A stretch of DNA of 50,822 nt from a virus (lineage: Duplodnaviria > Caudoviricetes), in the IMG/VR virus record IMGVR_UViG_3300037423_000868, positions 1 to 50,822 of that record. One strand, 5' to 3'. The translations under genes were made by a program, and so were the position numbers. The notes under the pieces were generated by a model that saw nothing but the letters and a program-made list of their open reading frames with translations, was not told where the DNA came from and made no database searches. Positions 43,101-50,822 of the stretch are shown here, one piece after another. Position 1 is the first letter of the stretch. The number at the start of each line of letters is the position of its first letter.

Positions 43101-44449
43101 GCGCCGTGCCGCAATCGAACGATGCCGTCCATGCCGAGCAGTCGCTGCTCGGTGCGCTGATGCTCGACAACGAGGCCATCGAGCGCATCCCGGACCTGAA
43201 GGCCGAGCATTTCTACCGCGCCGACCACCGCGCCATCTTCGACGAGATCCGCCGGCAGGTTTCCGCCGGCAAAACCGCCGACCCCATCACGCTGTTCGAA
43301 GCGCTGCAGGGCCGGGTCGACGACTGCCTGCACTACCTGAACCAGATCGCGATGAACACGGCGTCGGCCGCCGGCGCGGCGCGCTATGCCGACATCGTGA
43401 TGGACCGCGCCATCAAGCGTTCGGTCGCGGCCTTGGGCGGCGAAATGATGGAGCTGCGCGCCTCGCTGGAACCGGCCGACCTGATCGTCGACCGCCTGGC
43501 GGCGAAGATCGAGGCGCTGGTGCAGAAGAAGACCCGGCAGGAGCCGCAGCGCCTGAACGACATGCTCGGCTCGTATGTCGACGTGATCCAGGCGCGCATG
43601 GACGGCAAGATTAAGCCGATTTCCACCGGCTTTGCCGATCTCGACCGCCGGCTCGATGGCGGCCTGGAGCGCGGCACGCTGACCGTCGTCGCCGGGCGCC
43701 CGTCGATGGGAAAAACGGCGTTCGGCCTCGGCATCGCACGCAACGCCTCGGAATGGGGCTCGTCCCTGATCCTGTCGATGGAGATGAGCCGCGACCAGGT
43801 CAACGACCGGCTGATCGCCGCGCTCGGGAAACTGCCGATCGCCTGGCTGCGCAATCCGAACGACAAGTCGCCGGAAGACCGCGAGCGATTCAACAACATG
43901 ACGCACGCCTTCCAGCGCGCGCAAGACCTGAACCTGTACATCGACGACCAGACCGCGCTGAACATGCTCGACATCCGCGCCAAATCGCGCTCAGTCAAGC
44001 GCAAGCAGGGTCTGGATGTCCTGGTCATCGACCAGCTCAGTTTTATCACTGGCGGGCTTTCTGACAAGTCGTGGGAGGTCGCCGGCGAATACACGCGCGG
44101 CCTGCTGCAGCTGGCCAAGGAGTTGAACGTCGCCATCGTGCTGCTGTGCCAGCTGAACCGGAAATGCGAAGAACGCAACAACAAGCGCCCGATGCTGAGT
44201 GACCTGGCCGTCTCGGGCTCGATCGAGCAGGACGCGGCGAACGTCATCTTCCTGTACCGCGACGAGGTCTACAACCCGGACACGATGCACAAGGGCGTGT
44301 GCGAAGTCATCACCGCGAAGCAGCGGCAGGGCGAGCCCGGGACGGTGGGGCTGACGTACATCGGCAACCAGACGCGCTTCGAGGATCTGGCGCGGCCCTG
44401 GTCGCCGGATCAGCGGCAGGAAAAGCCGCGCAGCAGGGGATTTGAATGA
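43097..44449 (+). CDS. dnaB: Replicative DNA helicase
   Basis: AEQS.LGAL, TGF.DLD, AGRPSMGKT, SMEM, QLNR, RP.LSDL..SG.IEQDA. Confidence 0.95.
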   Translation: MSAVPQSNDAVHAEQSLLGALMLDNEAIERIPDLKAEHFYRADHRAIFDEIRRQVSAGKTADPITLFEALQGRVDDCLHYLNQIAMNTASAAGAARYADIVMDRAIKRSVAALGGEMMELRASLEPADLIVDRLAAKIEALVQKKTRQEPQRLNDMLGSYVDVIQARMDGKIKPISTGFADLDRRLDGGLERGTLTVVAGRPSMGKTAFGLGIARNASEWGSSLILSMEMSRDQVNDRLIAALGKLPIAWLRNPNDKSPEDRERFNNMTHAFQRAQDLNLYIDDQTALNMLDIRAKSRSVKRKQGLDVLVIDQLSFITGGLSDKSWEVAGEYTRGLLQLAKELNVAIVLLCQLNRKCEERNNKRPMLSDLAVSGSIEQDAANVIFLYRDEVYNPDTMHKGVCEVITAKQRQGEPGTVGLTYIGNQTRFEDLARPWSPDQRQEKPRSRGFE

Positions 44450-44685
44450 CAACGGAATGCGAATACTGCGCCGCGAACGCCAGCATCTACGTCCGGACGC
44501 AGCGGTGCTGCAACGTCAGATACATCGCGAATATGCCGGCCGACCGCCGCGAGCGCTACTACAAGCAGGTGCTCAACGAGCAGGGCAAGGCCGCGGCGAA
44601 CAAGCTGATCGAGGAAGTCAACGCGCTGCGGCAGCAGAAGCGCGCGGAAAAACTGAAGCAACTCAACGGGGAGGGCAAGCAATGA
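44446..44685 (+). CDS. Small Cys-rich hypothetical protein
   Basis: CEYC...CC..R; ATGA coupling. Confidence 0.65.
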   Translation: MTTECEYCAANASIYVRTQRCCNVRYIANMPADRRERYYKQVLNEQGKAAANKLIEEVNALRQQKRAEKLKQLNGEGKQ

Positions 44686-45122
44686 GCGCACAACCGAGCA
44701 GGGACGATTTCAACCTCGACGCCAGCCGCAGCCCGGCCGGCGCCTATCCGCAGGCAAAGAAGGACCAGGCGCAGGAAGGCGAGGAGATCGCCCTGGCCGT
44801 TCTGCATGCCAGCATCATGAATGACCAGCGATTGCTCGACCAGATCAACGCAGTGCGCGCGCGCCGCGGCGAAGGCCCCGCTGAACTGCCGTCGCAGCGG
44901 AAGGCGGCGGCAGCCGATCCGGTGAACAAGCCGGCGCACTACCGTAGTCACCCGAGCGGCATCGAGTGCATTCAGGTGACCGAGCACATGGGGTTCAACC
45001 TCGGCAACGCCGTGAAATACATCTGGCGTTGCGACTTGAAGCTGGATGCTATTGAAGACCTCAAGAAAGCAGTCTGGTACATCAACCGCGAAATCTCCAA
45101 ACGTGAAGGGGCAAAACAATGA
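44682..45122 (+). CDS. DUF3310-domain protein
   Basis: DPVNKPAHY..HPSGIECI...GFNLGNAVKYIWR...EDLKKA.WY. Confidence 0.85.
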   Translation: MSAQPSRDDFNLDASRSPAGAYPQAKKDQAQEGEEIALAVLHASIMNDQRLLDQINAVRARRGEGPAELPSQRKAAAADPVNKPAHYRSHPSGIECIQVTEHMGFNLGNAVKYIWRCDLKLDAIEDLKKAVWYINREISKREGAKQ

Positions 45123-46024
45123 AAAAACTGCTATTCGGCTTCATCCTCACGCTGGCCAGCGCTCTCGCCTTCGCGCTGCCGTCGCCCAGGCAGATCGAAG
45201 ACGCGCTCGCCGCGCAAAAATATGCCGACGCGAAATCGATGGTTCAGGAAGTGCTGCGCGAAAAGCCGAAGTCGGCCCGCGCGCACCTGTTGAATGCGTT
45301 CCTGCTGATCCATGTCGACCACAACAAGACTGCGGCGAATGCCGAACTGCAGACCGCTGCGGGATTGGACCTCGACGGCGACGTCAAGCGCTCGCCGCTG
45401 TTCGGTCGCGTCGTTGCCGAGATCGACATGCAGCCAGTCGCGAAGCCAGTCAAGACAGTGACCTACTCCGGGCCGGATTTCAATGAAGTCGCGATATTGA
45501 TGCTCAAGATTGCCCTGCTGATTGCCGTCGTCGTCGCCCTGGCGTACTTCGTTTCCTGGCTCATCGACTTGATGTGCGCACGCCGCCCGACGGAAATCCG
45601 CTTCTACGGCAACGCAGGCAGCGGCGTCGCCAGTTCCTCGCCTGACCCGGTATCCCCTGCGCCTGCTGGCACACACTACGCGCACACCGTCGCGCCGGTC
45701 GTCGTCGCTCAGCAGCAGCCGGCCATGGGCGCATTCGGCCCCGCAGCGTCCGTTGCCGGTGGCGTCGTGGCCGGCAACCTGATGGCCGACAGCCTGCTGC
45801 ACAGGCATTCGCACCATCACCGCGATGCGGACGACGACTATGAGGAAGAACAGCGCCGCCGCCGTCGCCGCGAGGAAGACAGCTATTCCGCGCCGTCCTA
45901 TACGCCGTCGCCGGTTTCCTACGAAAGCGAGCGCTCGTCGTTCAGTTCGGGCAGCAGCGATTCGTCGTGGGGCTCGTCGGACAGCAGTTCAAGCGACAGC
46001 AGTTCCTCGGCATCGGATTGGTAG
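45119..46024 (+). CDS. Exported TPR-like membrane protein with Ser-rich tail
   Basis: Signal peptide, A..MVQEVL..KP.SA.AH TPR-like segment, central TM, GGVVAG.L motif, poly-Ser C-terminus ending DW. Confidence 0.75.
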   Translation: MKKLLFGFILTLASALAFALPSPRQIEDALAAQKYADAKSMVQEVLREKPKSARAHLLNAFLLIHVDHNKTAANAELQTAAGLDLDGDVKRSPLFGRVVAEIDMQPVAKPVKTVTYSGPDFNEVAILMLKIALLIAVVVALAYFVSWLIDLMCARRPTEIRFYGNAGSGVASSSPDPVSPAPAGTHYAHTVAPVVVAQQQPAMGAFGPAASVAGGVVAGNLMADSLLHRHSHHHRDADDDYEEEQRRRRRREEDSYSAPSYTPSPVSYESERSSFSSGSSDSSWGSSDSSSSDSSSSASDW

Positions 46025-46033
46025 GAGCAAAGC

Positions 46034-46471
46034 ATGGCCGGCAACAAGCGCCCACGCAAAGGATATCAGCGCAAACCATGCGTAAAGCCACTCGGCATCC
46101 GCAATAACAACCTGATGGAAATCCCGGGCCTGATGGCTTCCACGCTCCTTGGAAACGTCTGTTTCAGCGATACACATCTCGCCGACCTTCTGTCGCATGG
46201 CGACATGATCAAGCGGCTGGCGACAGACGACGCGATGCGCCGGAGTGCTGAAACCATCCTTGACGCCTGTGCCGCGATCCAGGCGCGGGAAGCCACTGCG
46301 GGCCGGTATGGCGTTTCAGGCGACGAACTGCGCGCCATCCGCGAAAACATCGGAGCGACGATGGATTTCCTGCGCAGCGTGCCGAATGTCGACATCTGGC
46401 GTGCGGTGAAGTCCGCGCTCTCGGAGTTCGACCGGGAGGGCGGACTGATGGTCAAGCGGTTGACGGCATAA
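46034..46471 (+). CDS. Hypothetical protein
   Basis: SD AGGAG; K.PRK.Y start; G..G.EL.AIR motif. Confidence 0.7.
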   Translation: MAGNKRPRKGYQRKPCVKPLGIRNNNLMEIPGLMASTLLGNVCFSDTHLADLLSHGDMIKRLATDDAMRRSAETILDACAAIQAREATAGRYGVSGDELRAIRENIGATMDFLRSVPNVDIWRAVKSALSEFDREGGLMVKRLTA

Positions 46472-46490
46472 CAACGACAGGGGAGGGCAC

Positions 46491-46829
46491 ATGCAACGGG
46501 ACATCGAACAGGACGAAGTGGAACTGCTGCTGGCGGCATGGGCGGATTACATGCGCCAATGGGAAAACCCGGCGCGCGGCCACAATACCGAGGCCAAGGG
46601 CATGATCACGTCGTGGAAGAAGGATTTCGAGGAAATGGTCGACGCCGCCGACAGCGAAATGATCGCGAAGGTGGACGCCTGCGTCGACAGCCTGAAGCCG
46701 ATCCACCGCGACGCGCTGATGCGCCGCTACCGGCTCGGCGCGAACGTGTGGCGGTTCCCGCAGCCGGCGACCTGGGAGCAGGTCAAGGAGGCGATCCGGC
46801 CGCTGCTGCTGAAAAAGGGGCTGCTGTAG
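46491..46829 (+). CDS. Late gene regulator (Q-like antiterminator)
   Basis: LL.AWA.YM..VDACVDSL....R.AL..RY; last early gene, followed by a promoter and terminator. Confidence 0.65.
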   Translation: MQRDIEQDEVELLLAAWADYMRQWENPARGHNTEAKGMITSWKKDFEEMVDAADSEMIAKVDACVDSLKPIHRDALMRRYRLGANVWRFPQPATWEQVKEAIRPLLLKKGLL

Positions 46830-46922
46830 TTGATTTCCCCATATCCGCATGGTGTAATCGGCGCGTACAGTCGCGCCCGTACCAAATGCAAGCCCGCCTC
46901 CTCACGGACCGCGGGTTTTTTT
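46830..46922 (+). promoter_or_regulatory. Late promoter plus terminator (pR-prime / tR-prime-like)
   Basis: TTGATT-17bp-TGTAAT (46830-46858), then AAGCCCGC...GCGGGTTTTTTT. Confidence 0.55.
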
Positions 46923-47043
46923 GCGTGTCCAGCAGCCAGAGCCGTCGCCCGACAAGCCTTCGCTTCCGCATTCCCCGATGGGGCGCTTCGGTTCTGGCTC
47001 CTGTGCACGCCCGCAGCCGTTCGCAGTTCTCCCGGAGAGCGCC

Positions 47044-47202
47044 ATGGATCAGCCGCATCAGCCAAGCAAGGAGCAGGTTCGCAGCTACATGGAACAGCGA
47101 CAGCGCGAGCACGCGCCGCCGCCCGACCTGAAGCGCATCCGGCAGGAGTTGGGCTGGGATCTGATTGCCGCCGAGCGCAGCCAGCAGGCGGGCCGGCGAT
47201 GA
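47044..47202 (+). CDS. Small hypothetical protein (52 aa)
   Basis: SD GGAG; PSKEQVR.YM..R......PPPD...IRQELGW.L. Confidence 0.7.
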   Translation: MDQPHQPSKEQVRSYMEQRQREHAPPPDLKRIRQELGWDLIAAERSQQAGRR

Positions 47203-47427
47203 TGAGCCTGTTTGCGATCGCGATGATCTTTGCCGGCATGTGGTTCTGCATGCTGTAGCCGCTTCACGCTTGGCGGTTGCTCTGCGCATACCGGGACTTT
47301 GCCCCGGCAGTACCGGCGGGCAATCGCCAAACCTGAAGCCGCCGTACCGTGTCTCCTCCAGCCCTCCCTTGGCTGATTTCGCCCGCCGCCCCGTGCGCGG
47401 GCATTTTTTATTCCGGCCGCCTTCGAT

Positions 47428-47730
47428 GTGGACCTGCACAACCTGTTCGCCCTGTACGAGCGCAACAAGCAGAACGCCACGAAGCGCGGCATCGCTTACA
47501 GGTTGACGTTTCGCCAATGGCTCGATACCTGGGGCGAACGCATCCTGGATGAGCACCGCGGCACGGGCGACGAGAGATTGCGACTGGAGCGCATCGACAA
47601 GGCCGGCTGCTTCGAGGTCGGCAACGTGCACCTGGTGCGCCGCCTGAAGAAGGGCGAGCTGCGCCGCGTGATGGAAGCGCTCGAACAGGAACTGGAACAA
47701 GACGCACCGCACCGCCAGCGTGCCTCCTAG
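47428..47730 (+). CDS. Degenerate HNH-like protein
   Basis: KQNA.KRGI...LTF.QW...W and R.DK.G.FE.GNV resemble phage HNH endonucleases. Confidence 0.55.
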   Translation: MDLHNLFALYERNKQNATKRGIAYRLTFRQWLDTWGERILDEHRGTGDERLRLERIDKAGCFEVGNVHLVRRLKKGELRRVMEALEQELEQDAPHRQRAS

Positions 47731-47855
47731 TGGCGGCTAATAACAGGCACAGCTCGTCGACGAACAAAAGCCGGCTCCTTCCCCCGCAGAACATCGCGGT
47801 CCAATTCGGCGCGGGCGGCGGCACCCCGATAAACACCAACAAGGATTGACGTCCA

Positions 47856-48470
47856 ATGGCGCAACAAGAGAAGGCTGCGCCGGACTGGGAGCGGATAGAA
47901 GCGGATTACCGGGCCGGTCTGCTCTCGGTTCGGGAAATCGCGGCATCGCAGGGCATTACGCACGGCGCCATCAACAAGCGCGCCAAGCGCGACGGATGGA
48001 CGCGCGACCTGTCCGCGAAGATCAAGGCCAAGGCGGAAGCGCTGGTATCCAAGCGAGAGGTATCCAGCGAAGTATCCACGGATACCGCATCGGAGCGCGT
48101 GATCATCGAGGCGAACGCGGAAGTCATCGCCCGGGTCCGGCTGAACCACCGCACCGACATCGCCTGCGCGAGAAAACTCGCCATGTCGCTGCTCGCGGAA
48201 CTGGAAGTCCAGACTGAGAACATCGACCTGTTCGAGGAACTCGGCGAACTGCTGCGCAGCGACGACGACAAGGGCCAGGACAAGCGCAACGAGGTCTACA
48301 AGCGCGTGATTTCCGGCGCCGCCCGGGTCGACAGCATGAAGAAGCTGGCCGACACGCTGAAGGTATTGATCGGCCTCGAGCGCGAAGCCTACGGCATTGG
48401 CGAGAACCAGACGCCGAGCACGAACAATGCCGACCTGCTGCGCGCCATTGCCGACATGCTGCCCGACTGA
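47856..48470 (+). CDS. terS: Terminase small subunit
   Basis: PDWERIEADYRAG.LS.REIA...GITHGAI.KRAKRDGW.RDL; LEREAYG; directly before terL. Confidence 0.88.
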   Translation: MAQQEKAAPDWERIEADYRAGLLSVREIAASQGITHGAINKRAKRDGWTRDLSAKIKAKAEALVSKREVSSEVSTDTASERVIIEANAEVIARVRLNHRTDIACARKLAMSLLAELEVQTENIDLFEELGELLRSDDDKGQDKRNEVYKRVISGAARVDSMKKLADTLKVLIGLEREAYGIGENQTPSTNNADLLRAIADMLPD

Positions 48471-49786
48471 TGACGCTGAGCCTGCTCACGCAGCGCGAAC
48501 TGTCGCGCTGGTACAAGCTGATCGACCACCCGGTGCAGGCGGAACTGATCGCGGCCGTCGACAACGGCGTGCGCTTTCCTGTCGTGCCTGCCGGCCGTCG
48601 TTCCGGCAAGACCGAGCGCGCCAAGCGCTTCGTCGCGAAGATGGCGATGAAAAATCCCGGCGAGATGTATTTCATCGCCGCGCCGACGCGCGACCAGGTC
48701 AAGAAAATCTACTGGGCCGACATGAAGCGGCTGTGCCTGACGAGCCTGCAGTCGAAGCCGCCGTCGGAGACGGAACTGACGATTTTCATGGACAACGGCA
48801 CGCAGGTGCAGTTGATTGGCCTGGACCGTCCTGAGCGCATCGAGGGCGTGTTCTGGTCCGGCGGCGTAATCGACGAGATCGCCGACATCAAGCCGGAAGC
48901 GTGGGAGGCGAACATCCGCCCGGCGCTGGACACGTTCAACCCGACGCGGCCTGACTACAAGGCGTGGTGCTGGCTGATCGGTGTGCCGGACGGCCTGAAC
49001 CATTATTACGACATGGCACAGTACGCCGAGACAGCGAACGATCCGGACTGGAAGGTGTTCCACTGGAAGAGTTCGGAAATCCTGCCGGCGAAGACGATCG
49101 AGGCGGCCAAGCGGCAGATGTCGGCCAAGCAGTACAAGCAGGAATACGAGGCGAGCTTCGAGACGGCTTCCGGCCGCATCTACGAGGATTACAGCCCGGA
49201 CAACTACACGGCCGAGACGATCCAGCCGCACGAGCAGCTGCTCTGGTATCACGACTTCAACTACACGCCCATGTCGAGCGGCATCGGCGTGCGCCGCGGC
49301 GACGTGGTCTACCTGTTGGAAGAAATCATTCTCGTCTCCGCAGTGGCCAGGCAGTCGGCGCAGGAGTTCGTCGACAGGTTCAAGGACCACCAGAACAAGC
49401 ACGTGCTGATCTACGGCGACCCGGCGGGCCGCGCCGGCGAGAAGCATGGCCATGCGTCGGATTACACCGAGATCGAGAAGATCCTGCGCGACAACGGCTG
49501 GAAGTTCACGCGCAAGGTGAAGCCCGCCGCGCCGGCGATCAAGGACCGGCAGAACGCGGTGCGCGCGAAGATCAGGAACGCCGCCGGCGAGGTGTCGCTG
49601 TTCGTGAACACGCAGCAGGCACCGTACACGCACAAGGGCCTGGCGACGGTCCAGCTCAAAAAGGGCTCGACGTTTCTGGAAGACGAAACGGAGTTCCAGC
49701 ACATCACCACGGCAATCGGCTACTTCGTCGACTACGAATTCCCGGTTGTGAAAAACACCGCAGTCGTCTCGACGCTGCGCCTGTAA
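48470..49786 (+). CDS. terL: Terminase large subunit
   Basis: AGRRSGKT Walker A, APT..Q, IDE Walker B, QEYEASF, DFN nuclease motif. Confidence 0.93.
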   Translation: MTLSLLTQRELSRWYKLIDHPVQAELIAAVDNGVRFPVVPAGRRSGKTERAKRFVAKMAMKNPGEMYFIAAPTRDQVKKIYWADMKRLCLTSLQSKPPSETELTIFMDNGTQVQLIGLDRPERIEGVFWSGGVIDEIADIKPEAWEANIRPALDTFNPTRPDYKAWCWLIGVPDGLNHYYDMAQYAETANDPDWKVFHWKSSEILPAKTIEAAKRQMSAKQYKQEYEASFETASGRIYEDYSPDNYTAETIQPHEQLLWYHDFNYTPMSSGIGVRRGDVVYLLEEIILVSAVARQSAQEFVDRFKDHQNKHVLIYGDPAGRAGEKHGHASDYTEIEKILRDNGWKFTRKVKPAAPAIKDRQNAVRAKIRNAAGEVSLFVNTQQAPYTHKGLATVQLKKGSTFLEDETEFQHITTAIGYFVDYEFPVVKNTAVVSTLRL

Positions 49787-49798
49787 CCAAGGAAGCCC

Positions 49799-50822
49799 AT
49801 GATCAATGTCCGACAATCCTCTGCAGCCGTGGACGCGATGGCTGTCCACTGGCCGCTGATCGAGGCGCTGCTCGGCGGATCGGAGGCCATGCGCAGGAAA
49901 GGGACGCTGTACCTGCCGAAGCAGCCGCGCGAGGATGCGCTCGACTGGGAATACCGCCTCAATACCGCGACGCTGTACCCGGCCTTCGAGCGCACCGTCG
50001 AAGTCCTGGCCGGCAAGCCGTTTTCCCGGCCGCTGGTCGTGAAAGAAAACGTCCCGGCACGCATGGTGCCGTGGCTCGACACCGTCGACCTGCGCCGCAA
50101 CCTGCACGTCTTCGCCGCATCGCTGATGGAAGATGCGCTCGCGTTCGGCCTGGCCGGCATCCTGGTCGACTATCCGCGCGCGGAAGGGCTGCGCACCGCG
50201 GCCGATGAAGCCGCCGCCGGCGTGCGTCCGTATTTCGTGCACGTGCGCGCGAACCAGATCCTCGGCTGGCGCTCGCAGGTCATCGGCGGTCGCGAGGAAT
50301 TGACGCAGCTGCGCCTCCTCGAAACCGTCGAGGAAGAGGACGGCGACTTCGGCACGATCAGCATCGAGCAGGTGCGCGTGCTGTTCCCGGGCGGCTGGCA
50401 AATCTGGCGGATGGCGACGGACACCAGCAGCAACAAGGGCTGGAAGGTCTACGACGAGGGCGTGACCACGCTCAACAAGATTCCGTTCGTGCCGGTCTAC
50501 GGCAAGTATGTCGGCTTCATGCGCGGCAAGCCGCCGCTCTTGTCCCTGGCAGAGCAGAACAAGGACCACTGGCGCGAATCGTCGGACCAGCGCGACTCGG
50601 TGCGCTTCGCGCGCAAGCGGCTGCTGGTCCTGATCGGCGCGAATACCGAGGACGACATCGTCGCCGGCTCGAACTACGCGATCAACCTGCCCGAGAACGC
50701 CGACGCGAAGATCGTGCAGGGCAGCGCCGAAGCCGTCGAGATCGGCCGCAAGGAAATCGATACGCTGGAAGAGCAGATGCGGCAATCCGGCGCCGAGATG
50801 CTCGTCATCCGGCCCGGCAACA
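49799..50822 (+). CDS. Portal protein, N-terminal part (continues at position 1)
   Basis: ATG 49799 after SD AAGGA; LLGG..AMR..G..YLPK..RE.....YRL..A.LYP; GILVDYP; IPFVP.YG; open to the window end. Confidence 0.9.
   Translation, partial: MINVRQSSAAVDAMAVHWPLIEALLGGSEAMRRKGTLYLPKQPREDALDWEYRLNTATLYPAFERTVEVLAGKPFSRPLVVKENVPARMVPWLDTVDLRRNLHVFAASLMEDALAFGLAGILVDYPRAEGLRTAADEAAAGVRPYFVHVRANQILGWRSQVIGGREELTQLRLLETVEEEDGDFGTISIEQVRVLFPGGWQIWRMATDTSSNKGWKVYDEGVTTLNKIPFVPVYGKYVGFMRGKPPLLSLAEQNKDHWRESSDQRDSVRFARKRLLVLIGANTEDDIVAGSNYAINLPENADAKIVQGSAEAVEIGRKEIDTLEEQMRQSGAEMLVIRPGN
50696..50822. repeat. Terminal direct repeat copy
   Basis: Identical to 1-127. Confidence 0.97.

Noticed and set aside
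46830-47850. tRNA genes in the late leader
   Set aside because: No cloverleaf with a T-loop GTTCRA and matching acceptor stem was found by eye

Overview
The window is a complete, circularly assembled temperate siphophage genome of about 50,695 bp. Bases 1-127 are repeated at 50696-50822, and the portal gene crosses the junction. The host is probably a betaproteobacterium, possibly in the Oxalobacteraceae (inference). The + strand carries terminase, portal, head and tail genes with a GTA-like tail tip, a lysis cassette, and a lambdoid cro-nin-O-dnaB-Q arm. The - strand carries the early/accessory arm. I found no integrase or protelomerase. Instead there is a plasmid-type parA / RHH-protein / HTH-Rep cassette, flanked by a pentamer array and a DnaA-box plus palindromic-iteron origin, so this is most likely a circular phage-plasmid with two replicons. 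The most unusual feature is at 26189-29474. There, an array of short, co-oriented, apparently AT-richer ORFs has XerC/XerD (dif/cer)-like inverted half-sites at its boundaries, with the stop codon inside the XerC-like arm. This suggests an integron-like gene-cassette array that may use host Xer recombinases. Other notable items: a duplicated GGAU-tetraloop RNA leader before the scaffold and capsid genes; a LexA box paired with a non-cleavable repressor and a candidate antirepressor; a split tail-tip gene; and a programmed -1 frameshift. All calls come from reading the sequence by eye; no searches were run.
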